From Stegostoma tigrinum (taxonomy: Eukaryota): a stretch of DNA of 64,000 nucleotides. The stretch spans positions 95,649,187-95,713,186 of the forward strand of contig NC_081362.1 of NCBI RefSeq assembly GCF_030684315.1, written 5' to 3'. Under the pieces are notes generated by a model. That model made no database searches and had not been told where the DNA came from. It saw only the letters and a list, made by a program, of their open reading frames with translations. A program made the translations under genes and the position numbers. The number at the start of each line of letters is the position of its first letter. Within the stretch, counting starts at the first letter, position 1. Below are positions 34,916 through 48,865 of the stretch, in pieces.

Positions 34916-36761
34916 ATCAATAATTTTTCAGCATACTCTTGGCACCACCTTTGATGTACTTGCATTTCTGAAGCTAACTTTTTTGGCTTTTGGGTTCATT
35001 GATTTTTCATTCATTCAGTCGTTCTCTTTCCTTACCTCTTTCCTCCATTGCTAACTTCTGTCCGTGGAGATCAAGCTCAAATGTTTGTCTTTCTCTTCAA
35101 GTTTTCTCATTTCTTTTTCCTCATCCATTTCAAGCTGCTTCATCTGTCATTGAATTCCAACTAATTCAAGCTGTGTTCCACTTGGGTTAAGCTTCTTCTT
35201 CCACTCCCAGATGTGCTGTCACCTTAACTAGTTCAGCTTTTTAGCCCCAATTATTAAACCTGTAAATTTTTTGCCAATATCATTAGCCTTGCCTTGGCTA
35301 ATTTTTGCAATTCATTCAGGCATAACTCTTCCTTTTCCAAAACATTCATGACTAGGGAAGTAATTATTTAACTGTTCAACATGTTTGATAAAATTTAGAA
35401 TGAAAATCTGATCAACTTTAACCTCAGCAAGTCGCAGCATTCTCAGGTCCTTAAAGCCTGTGAGACAACACATTATGTTATGATGCAGAATCACACTGTC
35501 AAATTTGTGTTACAATCTGGCTGGGAAACAGTAAAAAAAAAGGACCAAAAGTGAGTGAGATCTGGGTATTTAGTAAGAGAAAGCTCCAGCTTTCAATGGC
35601 TTTGAATCAACAATAAACTTTACGATACAAAACAACAGTAATACAATCTTAATACTACACACCCAACATATTAATGAGAATCCAACATATTAATCAGAAT
35701 TAATGAGGCAAACATTGGCGATGAGAAATTACAAACACCCCACTGGCTATATCAAATAGAAAATGCCATTAAGACAGAGCCCACAGACTTCTCAGCAAGC
35801 CAGGCATTAAGGATCAAGTGGGTCCTCAAATCTCATTAAAACTTTACAAGGCTTGCCAAACCTTCTCTTTCAAAGATCCAGCTTCAGAAATCCACCAAAA
35901 AGACACTCCATCACAGACAAGCTCAACAATTTGACAAACCCTTGCTGGGGCGGATGTAGAAAGACTGTTGACTCTTGTGGGAGAGTCTAGGACCAGAAGG
36001 CATAATCTCAAAAGAATAAATCACCCTTTTTCAGAGATGAGGAAGTTTCTTCTCTCAGAGGATAGTACATCTGTGATATACTTTACTGCATAGGTCTTTT
36101 TCATTAAGGATATTCAAGTCTAAGAGAGAGAGAGATTTTTAATCAGTAAGGCAATTGAGGGCTATGGGGAAAAAGGCAGTGGAGCTGAACTTTCAAATGA
36201 GTCATATTGTCACTGAAGAGTACAGCAGACTTGATAGGCCACAGTTGTACCTATGCCACGGTCTTCCTGATTGTTAACCCTCCTTTCCTGGAATTCTTCC
36301 CCTTAATATTGTCTCTTGATTTCAGCTCCGAAATGTCAGCACAGCTCCAGCTTTTCACTGATAATTAGCTTCAACAAGCTTGTACTACCCTTGGGTTTCT
36401 CCAGGCTCTGATGTTTCTCAGCTGCAAATATTGTTTGTGGGCTGTGATTTGAAATGTAATACCAACACTGTCACTTCAGTTCCTGATCCAGCTGAGATTA
36501 CCACAAAAGTCCCACCTTCTCGACCTCTCCCCTATCTGAGGTGGAGTGAATGCTTGATTAAACCATCACCACTTATTGCCCTCTAATGAGAAAGCAGGCC
36601 TACAGACCCCTGAGTCACCGGTGACATTAACTTACTATTAGTTACTATGCTGATGGGTTAAATTAAAAACAAATAGACAGAAGTTTCTGGAACAGTGATG
36701 TAATCCCGTATGTATGAGGGAGCAGGCAACTGCAAACTGCTGGAGTCAATGGCGAGAGAGA

Positions 36762-36892
36762 GAGAGATAATGGGAACTGCAGATGCTGGAGAATCCAAGA
36801 TAACAAAGTGTGAGGCTGGATGAACACAGCATGCCAAGCAGCATCTCAGGAGCACAACAGCTGACGTTTTGGGCCTAGACCCTTCATCAGAG
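36762..36892 (-). mobile_element. ~130-bp Neptune terminal fragment beginning at the hammerhead (36863-36890)
   Basis: Matches 8339-8468. Core GAAA->AAAA. Confidence 0.88.
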
Positions 36893-38999
36893 TATCACAG
36901 TTAATGGCAAACTCTTTATAGTGTGGGGCCCAGAAAAGGGGCATTGAAAGCATTGGCTTGCTTTTGTTTTAGACTAAGGATTGATTTTAGTTAGAAAGCA
37001 GCTTTTGGAGCCGTTTTTGATGAAAAAGGCTGAGGTCAGAAACAAGTATTGTTTCTCTCCTGGATAGGAGTACAGGGCAACTGAAGGGAAGTGTACCTTG
37101 ATGTGTGTACATGTTTAGTTATAAATCTGCACATTTTTAAAAGACTGATAAATTCTAAAGTTTATTTTTATTCTATAATAAATTATGGACTTAAATGAGA
37201 AAATAACATCTTTGTAACCATGGATTACTGCATGGCTTGAAAGCAAGTAAACTGACACTCGTTGGAAACAATGTTTACAGAGGTGCCGTTTCCAGCAGTG
37301 GTTTAAGTATTGTTTGCAGTCGTCAAAGGGTTGTGCACAAACGAAGCCTTGGTTAATAACAACACCCGAGAGGTCTGTAAACTAGGGACTCACTAATGAT
37401 TGAAAAAGCCTTCTGCCTGCCAGAACTTTTAGGTTTGGTTCTCAGATAGCAGAACAGCTTGAGACTGTGAACAAGATACAGAGAAGCCTTTAGACATCAA
37501 GCAGCTCGGGAGCTCTCTCCAGTTTCTGCAGTAAAAACTAATTTAAGCCTCAAAAAAAGGTAATTTTCATTCAGCAATTGCTGCCAGCTATAATTTTTAA
37601 AAAATAAGTTTTTAGGGGTGAATCAACATCTGTACATTTTGCAAACTGGTGAAACACCTGGAGGATAACCACCAAACAGCACTCCGATTAGCACAGGAAC
37701 CATCTCAGCAGATCCTGTGAGCAAAGGCCACTGACTTGCTTTGTTTTCCCTCCTTCAACGATGACACCCATGCTTTATTATGTGCGTGTACACGTGAGTG
37801 TTTATAAAGGGGATTAGAGATTTAACTTGCATTTCTATGCAAACTTTCTATTTTTATTTCAAAATTTCCAGCATCCACAGAATTTCACTTTTACTTGAGA
37901 CTCTCATTATCTGACTGTCCCATTATATCAGCATTTTTTAAACAGTGACTGCAGATCAACAAACAGATATTAGAATAAATTTAAATTGCTCCTTAAATTA
38001 GTCAAAAAAAAACTCAATTTTACATTACTTATTTGATTGACACTACTAAAACAAAAATGTAGTATATTAAATGTTCCTCTTTTAATCAAGTGTACTTGCA
38101 GGTCAGCTTTTACCTGAAAATATTCCGCTGAGTCATCTTTGGACAGTTCATTAGAAAAGTTTTGTTAATTAAAATTAGAACTATATAAACTCAGTGCAAC
38201 AGGAGGCCATTCAACCCATTTTCCTGTCCTGGGTCTTTGAAAGAACCATTGTGCTTCGCTTCACAGCCCCACATTATTTCCCTGCAAGATCTTTGTCTTC
38301 AAATGTCTGTCCAATTCATTTTCAGAAATTATTGATGGAATCAGCTCCCAACATATTTTTAGGTTGAGTGTTCCATTCCTACCAAACATTTTGGTTTCAT
38401 CTCTGCTTTTACCTCAATGAACTCAGGTATTGATCTACTTACCAGAATACCTTTGATCACGTTGAAAATGTTGATGCAGTCTTAACCTTCACCGTTCCAT
38501 GAACAATACAAATTCTCCCCATTCTGTAGCCTGTCTACAGCTTCTACACCTTTTAGAGGGTATTGTCCAAAACTGTACACAATTCTCTGGCTAACACTTG
38601 AGTGTTTCAGTGAATTCCACTCCTCAGTTCCAAAATCAAATAATTCAAGTGTTGTTTTTACTTAACCACTCAATCAACTTGAAGCGCCACCAATTTAAGG
38701 ATGTGTGTTAATGGACACCAAGATGTTTCTGTTCAACACTTTTCAAAGTCACTTTATTGTCCCATATTTCTAGTAACCTTAATGTGCCCAATTTTCCAGT
38801 TGGTCTATGCCATTCTGGTGTTTGTAACTAGCCTCAATGATCAACTATTTCACTTTCATATCACCTTTAAACTTTATGTAGGTGCAACAGGCAGCATAGT
38901 TTGGGTCATTTTAACTTTTTACAAAAATGACCACACTAAGATTGCAGTTGCAAGGGTATGTGAGAGAGACTAAAAGGAACAGTGACACAGCTGCAAAGA

Positions 39000-39278
39000 T
39001 AGTAGGAACTGCAGATGCTGGAGAATCTGAGATAATGTGAAGCTGGATGATCACAGCAGACCAAGCAGCATCAGAAAAGCTGACATTTCTGGCCTAGACC
39101 CTTCTTCAGAAATGGGGTTCTGAAATAAATAGAGGGGGGGGGTGAACAGAAGATGGATAGAGAAGATAAGTGGAGAGGATACAGACAGGTGAAAGAGGTG
39201 GGGATGGAGCAAATAAAGGTGAGTGTAGGTGGGAAGTTAGGGAGGACGTTCAGATCGGGGGGGGGGGGGTTAGTAGGT
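39000..39278 (-). mobile_element. Older Neptune-family 3' remnant with a hammerhead-like motif (39082-39109)
   Basis: - strand CTGAAGAAGGGTCTAGGCCAGAAATGTCAG plus the tail CCAGCATCTGCAGTTCC. Confidence 0.8.
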
Positions 39279-39529
39279 TTGAGCAGTTGCATATACAGCT
39301 GCAAGTCAGCTTAGTGTCAGACTCGGTCTTCCCATACATCCACTGCTCTCGTCCCTCTGGATGGTTGGGGTTGTCAGTCTGGAACGTTGTTGAAGGAAAC
39401 TTGATGAGTTGCAGTGTATCTTGTAAATCACACTCACTACTGCAACTGTGCATCTGTTTGAGCACTTCCGACATTCACTTTCTCCACACCAATGTGCCAT
39501 CAATAAAATCTGACGCTCAAAGCTGAATG

Positions 39530-40790
39530 GTGTCAAATCAAGTTACTTGAATATTTTTGGAACTTCACCCATTCAGGCAACGAGGAGGAGTAGTACTCCA
39601 TCACTATCCTGACGGTCCCTTGTTGGTTTTGGACAAACTTTGGGGGAGTCAGGTAGTGCAGCAGAATTCCCAATCTCAGATCTGCTCTTGGAGTCATGGT
39701 GTTTATGTAGTTGGATCAGTTACAACTCTGGTCACTAGCCAGAAATATTTGGTCATTGCCAACTACAACAGGCATGTTACACACCATACAAGAACTGAAG
39801 CTTGGCTATTATCCAGGTGTTGTTACACAAACTGCTCCAGTATCTCAGGAACTGCAAACTGTGCTGAACATCATCTAATGATTAGCACACAATGCCAATT
39901 CTACCATACTGATGGAAGCAAGTGTAGCCTGGAAGCAGCTGAAGATAACTGGGCCTAGGTCACTAGCCTGAGGAACAGGTGCAGAGATATCATGGAGCTG
40001 AGATGACTGACCTCCAACAACCACATCCAGCTTCTTCTGAGCCAGGTATAACACCAACCAGCAAAGAGTTTGCCCCGCTTCCCTTGGATTCCAGTTTTTC
40101 TAGGGCTCCTTGATGCCACACTCGACCAAATATGCCCTTGATGTCACTCTAAGCCCACGTGACGTTCTGCTTATAGCTTTTTTCAACATGTGAATAATGA
40201 GATTTGATACCATATTATTTTGATGGAAGCCAAACTGACTGTGATCTGCAACTCATTGGTGACTATATGTCAATGGCAGCACTGTCAGCAATCACCATTA
40301 TATTATAGAAACAGGCCAATCAGCTTGTTAATGACCACACCAACGCTCCCACCCAAACCCTATTCGTGTCACCCTGCATTTGCCATGGCTAACCCACGTA
40401 GTCTGCACATCTTTGGACTGTGGGAGGCAACTGGAGCACCTGGAAGAAACATGCAGATATGGGGAGAAAGTACAAAACCCACACAGACACAGTCAGTGCA
40501 ATCAAACCCAGTTCCCTGGTACTGTGAGGCAGCAATGCTTAACCACTGAGCCACTGTGCTGCTCAATGATCAAGATTGGCTGAATTGGATTTTTTCCTGC
40601 TTTTGGTAGGACATACCTCACAATTATCACTTGGTCAGTGTTGTTGTGGTGCTTGGACAGAGTGCAGCCATTAGTGGAGTGAGCCCTGATTAATACAGCT
40701 GAGATACTACCAGGGGCCTCTGCCTTATCACCACATGAAGTGAACTGGCTGATAAGTGACACCTGTGGTTAATGGGAATCTCAGCAGGAG
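39530..40790 (-). mobile_element. Decayed CR1/L2-group LINE fragments with a nested HE1-like V-SINE (~40330-40562, -)
   Basis: VVVGGQSS..VPQAS.LGP.IFSCF on the - strand. SINE head GCACAGTGGCTCAGTGGTTAAGC and a V-domain remnant. Confidence 0.7.
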
Positions 40791-41533
40791 TTAGATATAT
40801 GCGGTCATTCTCTCTCTAACAAAAGGATCTGGAAACATGTTAACAGCAAATACAGCTACCAACTCTCTGTGGTTTTCCTTTAGGAATTAAACATCTCCAG
40901 GAATACACCACAAGCAAATCACAGACATTAAAAATAATTACTATTTGTTTGGAACACTCATGAACAGTTTAAAAAAATGGTTCAAGAAATTGGTTAGATG
41001 ATTTTTGACTAACAATCAATTTTGAGAGTTATCATTTTCCAATTGGCAGGGTGAAAGATGAGCAAAACTGAAGATCAGCAAATGTTGTGCATCATTGACA
41101 GGAACACTGAACAGCTGGGCATGGGATGGTTGGAGGAGGGAGGTCACTGGATGGGACATTCTGGAATGGGCCTTTCCAGAGATGGCAACCTTATCAGGGA
41201 CTTCAGGTCAATCACAGTGAGAACGCACCAGAGTCGTGGTTTTTACAGAATTTTTCATTTTTATAGATATTATCATGAGTATTAACAATGGACATTAAAA
41301 CAAGTATATACAATAATGAGGGTCAATATCAGATTTTTTCCTGATAACTTCACCTGAGCAAACAACCAGGTGACCGAGATCTCCAAACTGATAACTTCTG
41401 TTTGCAGCTTGAACCACTTGACCTGGGACATCAACAATGTCTGGGCTTCTGTGACTAAGCTAAAAAGCATTAAGTTTGAAGCTGGAACTGAGCAGAAGCA
41501 ATTAGTAATCTATCAAGTAGAAAAACTGTGTGC

Positions 41534-41739
41534 TTAACACAATGAGTCAGTCATGGAGATTTTGGCCAGGGTACATTTCTTATTGAAAAGGGATTGAGGG
41601 GCAGGTTTGCATTCAATTGGAAGATGCCGATGAAGTTTGTCAAGTGTTCTACCGGGTGAATTCTGCAAGGAGCAACTCCTTGTCTGAACCTCAGTGCATC
41701 CCATTTCTTGCACTCCCAATTTTCTGCTGCCGTCCCCAG
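41534..41739 (-). CDS. Candidate cytoplasmic terminal exon of the butyrophilin/B7-like gene
   Basis: Acceptor gggtatgttttgtag|. Phase-1 open frame (A)GDGSRKLGVQEMGCTEVQ...MTDSLC* in non-repeat sequence. No recognisable domain. Confidence 0.3.
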
Positions 41740-41974
41740 CTACAAAACATACCCAACACTTATCACAAGAACAACAGAGTTATCAGCCACTCACTCCCAA
41801 TAAAAAGAACATCAAATGGAATTGAGTGGTTAAATTTAAATTGTAAACATGATTCACGAACTCGACCTTTAAGCAATGAAGTGAGAGCTAAATTATTGCA
41901 TTGGCCTTCAGTAGAAGATGGATTGCAAGTGGTGCACCCACAAGTCAGTGCTGAGTTCACCACTGTTTTCCAAA

Positions 41975-42270
41975 AAAGGCTGCATTTGTATAGTACCATT
42001 AAGGGCCCAGAACATCCCAAACCACTTCACAGTGAATTAAGTTTTTTCAAAGTGTAATCACTGTTGTAACGATAGTGTGCAGGACTTTTTATTTCCAGAG
42101 GGAATTTAGAGCTTCGGTTTAACATAGATCCAAAAACTAGCACACTTATGGCCAGTGTTCCTTCATTACTGCACTCAAACATCAGCTTCAGAGGTGTCCT
42201 CATCATTGGATGTGAAGTTAATGTCTTTCTCTCTCTCTGAGGAGCAGGCTACCAAGCTGGCCAACAGCTG
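41975..42270 (-). mobile_element. DeuSINE-like (SacSINE1/AmnSINE-type) relic
   Basis: Tail TTGTATAG..ACATCCCAAACCACTTCACAG..AAGTGTAATCACTGTTGTAA and central CGGTTTAACAT..CCAAAA match the reverse of the recalled DeuSINE layout. Confidence 0.5.
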
Positions 42271-45249
42271 TAAATGCAAGAACATTCTTAACGTAGGTGA
42301 TTATTTGCATGAGACAGTGGAACCTCACCTCAAAGTTCAGCAATGGCACAAAAATAGGGGGCTTGATAAAAACAGTGAGGTAGGCTGCAAAAGATTTCAG
42401 GAAGACATAGAATGGGAAGACATATACAGAAGTACAGAAGCATGAGGGAATATACCTTTGTGTAGTCTGAGTACAGAATGAGAAGGAATAATATAACAAC
42501 TGTAAGTGTGGCACAAAGATGCCATTGTAAAAATGCATAAGGTGCTGAGTGATAGGGCTGGTAGATAAGGCAGAATGGGAGGCAACAAAAACTGGGGTTT
42601 TAAAATTAGCAGTGTGGAGTATTAGTGTCGTGGTTAGGTATTGGGCTACTGAGCGGAAAACCCAGGTTGAAATCCTAACATGGAAAGATGATTTTATTTC
42701 CAAACTAAATCCATAAATAAAAAAAGGGGATATCAGTAGAAGCGAAGCTGAAGCTTTAAACTGTCAGAAAAACTGATAAATTTATGTGCACTTTAAGGAA
42801 GAAAACCTGGAATCCTTTCACAATCCGCCTGTCTGCAGTTGACTCAAACTGCCGTCCAACTGGGTTAGCCAACTGGTCTGTTGTTCTAAACTGCCTGAAT
42901 ACTCCACCATCACCACCTTTGAGCTAACTGGGAATGGCAATACCTATTTGCCCTGCCAGTCAAACCCACATCTCAAGAATTAATATTGAATTTCCTTAAC
43001 CTAGTGAGAAATTTGATGAGTCCCAGTCCAAGCTCAGTCTTTGGTCTTGGGGATATCATTGTAGATTATTAAAGTGGTGGGGAGTGTCATTTACTAGAAA
43101 CCATTGCTGTAAGGAGAGACGTCAGATACACATTTTTCACTTGTTTTAAAATATTACACAATTTTCTGGTTCCCATTCAGATGAGTTAATGATCTGTATC
43201 TCAATGCCAGCTGTCTGCCTTGTTTTCATAAACCATAACAACAGACCTGAAATTCTGAGTTGACTCAGAGCATCGTTGTTTAGCAAATATGCTCCAGGTT
43301 TCCAACAATTTGCATGCAAAGATGTGCTTCCCACAATCAGCCTTCAACAACTTAACTCTAAACACAAGTTTGTGGTATTTTGTTTCGGACCTCTCCGTAG
43401 GTGGAAACAGGATCTCTCTATGCCATATAACTTTTAATAATCTTAAATAGCCAATCAGAATCACAATTTAATCTTTAAACTCAAGGAAATACAAAATCTA
43501 AACTATGCAACCTGTTTTCATCATTACAGATTAACTAAAACTGTCAAGGGGATAAATGGCCTTTTCTTGTTCTTATACAGGGACTGCTTTCAATGAAGCG
43601 TGAACAGATTATCCATAAATTACTTCAATAAGGGAATTGGGGAAACAGAGTTTCCATTGTTGAAGAGCCAGTGATTAATTAAATCAATCACAGATGGTCG
43701 GACAAGTTAGTTGTTTCAGAATTGGTGCAATGTCGTTGGGAATGGCTGGTGCTTCCTTTGTATAAAAAAACTGGGTAAACATTAGATGCAAAGTAAGGTA
43801 CAGGGGTATGGGAATAGAGAGGAGAGCAGTTGGATTAGTTTTACAACAGGCTACAAAACTGACTGCAAACAGAATGAGATAAATGGCCTCCTCCTGTGCT
43901 GAAATCACCAAACAATTAAGCTCATCGCAACATGATGTAGTGGTGCATGCAGCTCGTATAACAATCTGTGAATTTGGAGCCAGATTATACCCGTATGAAG
44001 AAATTTCACAAGAATTCTCACTCGCAAATGGTCACAAGCAAAAAAAGGTGAGGCAGATCCACCAGGAAAAATAACGGGCTGCCTGACAATTAAACTCCAA
44101 AAACTGTGTGGACGGGACTGACGTGGTATTGATGGAAAGTGTAACAATTGCAGGGAGAAAATGATCACCCCACAAGTGTTTTCCAGCTGGCATCATGGGA
44201 CCTGCCCATCTCCGTGATACAGACTTGAACAAAACAGCAACACCTTAATGGATTTGCCTGGATTAGTTGCAAGGATTTGTCAATGTACAAGTTTAACATT
44301 CCTCAGGGTAAGAAGTAATTTGACTGGAACCCGGTGAAATCCATTCATGGCCCCTTGGAACTGGGAAACTCAATGCTATAAAACAGACTTTCATCAGTGT
44401 ACTTAACAATGTTGTTTAAAAGGAAAATAGTAAAGCGATTGCTATACAACATGCTAGATAGAAAGTGAGAATTGACCGGTTAAATTATATGCTCAACCTG
44501 CAAAATCCCTGATTGTAAAAGTCAGTTTTTTTTTTTCCTTTTGCAGCAATACATCATTGAACTCTTACACAGCGCAAGGACCACACTGTAAAGTGCAAAA
44601 AAAACAAACCCATTAAAATAGCACCAGTCATTTTGTTCCTTTCTGACTGCATGACAGCCTGTGCGGAGCAGAACACTGTAACGCCTGCACTCGAAGGTTG
44701 AACACTGGAACTCAGTTGGCACTGGTGTCTTCTAATAGGAAAGAGGCGGCAGCATCCTCATCGCATACAGGGTGGAAACAATGTCCTTTTCACCCTCTCC
44801 AGCTCATCTTGTGTTCACACCTTTAAACCAACAGAGTCTTCAGTGATAGTTACACAGGGGGAACCTGGCCAAAAAAAAGTTTTAAAGTCAGTCCATTACA
44901 TGCCAGAACAACACATGGGGGTTACTCGCATCAAATGTTTTCTCTTGGCTGCAAAGAAACTGGGAAACCGTTGCACAGGAAATGAAGAGCCCAAGCTAAG
45001 GAATGGATTGGCTGTCTGGTACAGAGTTGGGATAAAGGGTTCTTTTTCAGGGTGGCGGTCAGTGACCAGTGCAGTTCCATAAGGGTCAGTGACGGGACCA
45101 CAACTATTCACATTATCCATTAATGATCTGGACGAAGGAACTGAGGGCATTGCATCATCTGCAAACTCAGAAACAAAGTTAGACGGTGGGACAGGTAGTG
45201 TTGGAGAAGTGGGAAGAGTGCAGAAGTACTCGGACAGGCTAAGAAGCGG

Positions 45250-46290
45250 CAATTGGCCACTGGGGGGGAAAGCGTGGGATTATAGATCTATGCACTAAAG
45301 CAGAAGCACTGCAAAGGGTTAATGTCATTCTGGAGAAAGAGAGCTGAGGAGCTGACTGAAAAATCAAAACTGGCCAGTTGGGTGGATAATGCACGTAGGC
45401 GAGGGATCAGTGCCTGTGATAATGAGGGAAAACCAAAAGCCTGGGTTTTAAAACTGCACTGTGAGGATCATGAGACGAATGAAAGGGGAAGAGTTAACCA
45501 AGAAAGGTAGGAGAGAGAGCAACAAGACAGAACAGGGGCTAGAGCGGCAGGCCACGTTGACAGAAAAAAAAACGGAGGTAACTCCTGACATATCGATGTT
45601 GTTCCAAATTAATGACACGGATGCACAAGACCGAGGGGGACTGGGGAAGGCATCCCTCTGCCTCATCGGAACTGCTACCCCCTCCAGAACCCTACCCGTC
45701 CTTGGCCAATCTACATCTGCAGGCACCCCAATACTGCCATCAGTCCTAGCAACTGCCACCGCATGCTGACCAAACTGAACCTCCCATAGAATCTCCAAGC
45801 CCTTCAGTAGGCAGCCCACATGGATCCCCTGACAAGCCCACGGCTTGTACAGACCCTACCTCCTGTCATACCAGATCTAAAACAAAACAGACAAACAGGA
45901 AACAGGACGCAGACCAGACGGTCAGTGAACAAAAGGAGGGACGACAGGATCCTTTTAAAACACATGAGAAGCCCAGGAAGACACAAGTCCCGGGTGCAGC
46001 CTCCTTGACCCTCTGACACCTGTTTACTGTTTCCTGGCGATTCCACAAGTAGCAAAGAACATGATCGTCCCAACTCACATGCAGAGGATAGTGAATGTGA
46101 GGACAGAGTTTGGAAGAGACCCTTGAATAGCCATCCCCTAAAAGAAGGACCCCTGTAAGAAAAAAAAAATCACCGGCAATTCCCTAATCGCACGGTGCCT
46201 CACCCAAGGGGGTCAAAATGCAATGCAAGTCGATGCCCCTTGGAAGCCACAAAAGGGGTGTTTAATTATGTCAAGGGCCCCTGATCGAAA
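45250..46290 (+). mobile_element. Possible decayed retroviral gag region
   Basis: WPLGG..WD / IDLCTKAE matrix-like start, followed by charged and proline-rich stretches. Adjacent to the RT fragment. Confidence 0.35.
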
Positions 46291-46292
46291 GA

Positions 46293-46670
46293 CTAACAGA
46301 AGATTTTATAGATTACATCCTGGGCACTATTCAAATGTACCAAGCCACCCCACAAGCTCTCTTTAGCCTGTGCCGCATCTGTGCTGCGCTCTCCAGCCCT
46401 CGGGGTCAGTCCCAGGAACTTGACCTCCCTCAACCCTATCTGTGCCTTCTTAGGGTTTACCTTCAACCCGCTCTTGCACGCGAGGTGTAACAACTCACTA
46501 AGTAGGGGGCTATGTTCCTCACTATTGTCTGTGAACAACAGCATGTCATCCACGTACTGTACAAGCCTGTGTGGCTCACTGAAATCTTTTAAACAGTCTG
46601 CCACACGCTGGTGGAGAATTACTTGCAAGACTCTGCACTCTGTGCCGGGTTGAGTACAGTGATTCTCCAC
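46293..46670 (-). mobile_element. Endogenous retrovirus pol (RT) fragment
   Basis: LVQYVDDMLL...LLHLACKSGLKVNPKKAQIGLREVKFLG, a class I retroviral-type RT motif C-E pattern. Confidence 0.8.
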
Positions 46671-48865
46671 ACCTTGTACTTGCTTGGTAATAAAAGCATT
46701 TGTGTTTTTCTAAATAGGTCAGTGTCTTGTTATTGCAGCAAGTCCGTGAGGGTCTCCGAAAACAAACTTGACAGCAGATGGAATACAATGAGAGAAAATG
46801 TGAGGTTACAAGAAAAGCAGGCACAGACTACTTCCTAAACAGGTAAAGGCTTCAGAAATCTGAAGAACAAAGACTTGGAACGCCTAGTTCAAGATTCTCT
46901 AAAGGTTAACAAGCAGATGCAGCTGGCAGTCAGCAAGGGAAATGTAACTTTAACATTCATTTCAAGAGGGCTAGACTACAAGAAGAGGGATATAATACTG
47001 AGTCCGTACAAAACTCTGGTCAGACTGCATTTGGAATATTCTGAACAGTTGAGCTCCATTACCTAAGAAAGAAAAGCTGGTATTGGAGTTCAGAAGAGGT
47101 TTACAAGAACAAACCCAAGGATGAAGGGCTGTCAACGAGTTGTGGGTGAACATACAGGGTCGGTACTCAATGGAATTTAGAAGGATGAAGGACGATCTGA
47201 TTGAAACTTACAGAATACTGAGAGGCCTGGATACTGTGGGCATGGAGAACATGTTTCCACTAGCAGGAAGTCGGAGTTTTGGATACTGAGGAATGCAGCA
47301 GCATAGAGATCAACTGCAAAGTTGGGCAGAGAAATAGCAGATGGAATTTAATCTGGCCTAGTGTGAGGTGAAGCATTTTGGGAAGTCAAATGCAAGAGGA
47401 AAGTATAGAGTAAATGGCCAGACCCTTATGAGCACTGATATACAGAAAGATCTTGGGGTCCAAGTCAACAGCTCTCTGAAAGTTGCAACACAAGCGGATA
47501 AGATGGTAAAGGTGGTGTATGACATGCTCCGTGATTGGAGCACTGACTATAGAAGGTGGCAAGTCATGTTGCAGCTGTATAAACCTTTGGTCAGGACACA
47601 TTTAGTCACCACTCTATAGGAAGGATGTGGAGGCTTTGAAGAGGGTGCAAAAGAGGTTTACGGTTTCGAATGGATAGAACCAAACAAAAATATGAAGGGA
47701 ATGGATACGGTGGACAGTCAGAGTCTTTCTCCTAAGATGGAAGTGTAAAATGCTAGGACACATTGGCTTAAAATGAGATGGGAGCAGTTTAAAAGGAGAT
47801 GTGCCAGGTAAGTTTTCTTTGTAAAAAGTACAGGTGGTGTTCGGTGCTGGGAACATGCTGCCAGAGGTGGTAAAAACAGCAAAGTTAACAAGGTATTTAG
47901 ACAGACACATGAAGGAGCAGAGAACAGAGGGATGCAGGCTGTGTGCAGGCCGATGGGATTAGTCTAGAACAGCATTGTGGTTTGCACAGACAGGGTAGGC
48001 TGAAAGGCCAGTTCCTGTGTGCACTGTTTGATGTTTTAGGAGAAATTAGGACCCAAGGGAACAGACTCAGACTGAGGAGATGACCCTTTAGAAAGAAGAT
48101 GAGGAATTTCTTCAGCCAGAGGGTGGTGGCTCTGTGCAACTAATTGCTGCAGAGGGCTGTGAAGGTCAAGTCACTGGAACATTGGTTAAGACAAAGGCAG
48201 ATTCTTGATGTGCAAAGGGATCAAAGGTTACACAGGGAAGGCAGGAGAATGGGCTTCAGAAACGTATCAGCCATGATCAAATGGCACATCTGACCTCGAT
48301 GGGCCAAAAGACCCAATTCTGCTTCTATAACTTATGGTTTGCTTGACAATGCATGGATGACATTATAGCAGTAATCTTGTTGAGTGACATGGTGACACGG
48401 AGCCAAAGGCTACCACAGCAGCTGATTAATTGAATTTGGACTAAATTATATTTATTAATTGATTTAGTGTTGCTAAAAAAAAAAAGCATGTGACAAAGCT
48501 TTCCATCATGTATTCATCAGGACAATCTGCAAGAATACCAACAGTAAAAAGGGAACAACATTTAGACTGAGATGAGAGTACTAGTTGGTTGACAACTGGG
48601 ACTCTCATTAGTCAAGGTGCTGTCTTGGATAATGAGGATTGACAGGCAAGTGCCAGGATTTGTTTATATTTAAACCAAGCAGGTTGATGCTGATCATTAA
48701 AAACATTACTCAGTGGCTTTTTTAGGGAAATTACATTCCCATGAAATAGCACAGAAACGAAATGAACCAAGCAGACAGACAGAGGAAAGATCATATGTAA
48801 TTTCAGCTTTTCAGTTTGCACAGCAGTGAAGGGAAAGGGTGTGTGTGCACGTCTCAGATGCTTAC

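Larger units (their letters stand above)
31590..35480 (-). mobile_element. Highly decayed Gypsy-type gag relic (31590-31990 and 34916-35480) split by the young CR1
   Basis: - strand translations EELCLNELQKLAKARLMILAKNL, QLELVGIQ*QMKQLEMDEEKE and FKKSLNEELKHLTE resemble Gmr1-like Gypsy gag. Confidence 0.4.
44995..48340 (+). mobile_element. Decayed CR1 fragments (44995-45245, 46770-48340) surrounding the retroviral relic
   Basis: GPQLFTLSINDLDEG, WQMEYN..KCEV, YKTLVRLHLEY and two separate 3' ends. Confidence 0.8.

Noticed and set aside
46576-46824. Phase-compatible cytoplasmic exon for the Ig gene
   Set aside because: Its acceptor tract is antisense CR1 sequence and the frame runs into the ERV fragment.
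41000-48860. B30.2/PRY-SPRY exon expected for a classical butyrophilin
   Set aside because: No LDPxTA or YWEV-type motifs were seen, so the gene is left as BTN/B7-like with no symbol.
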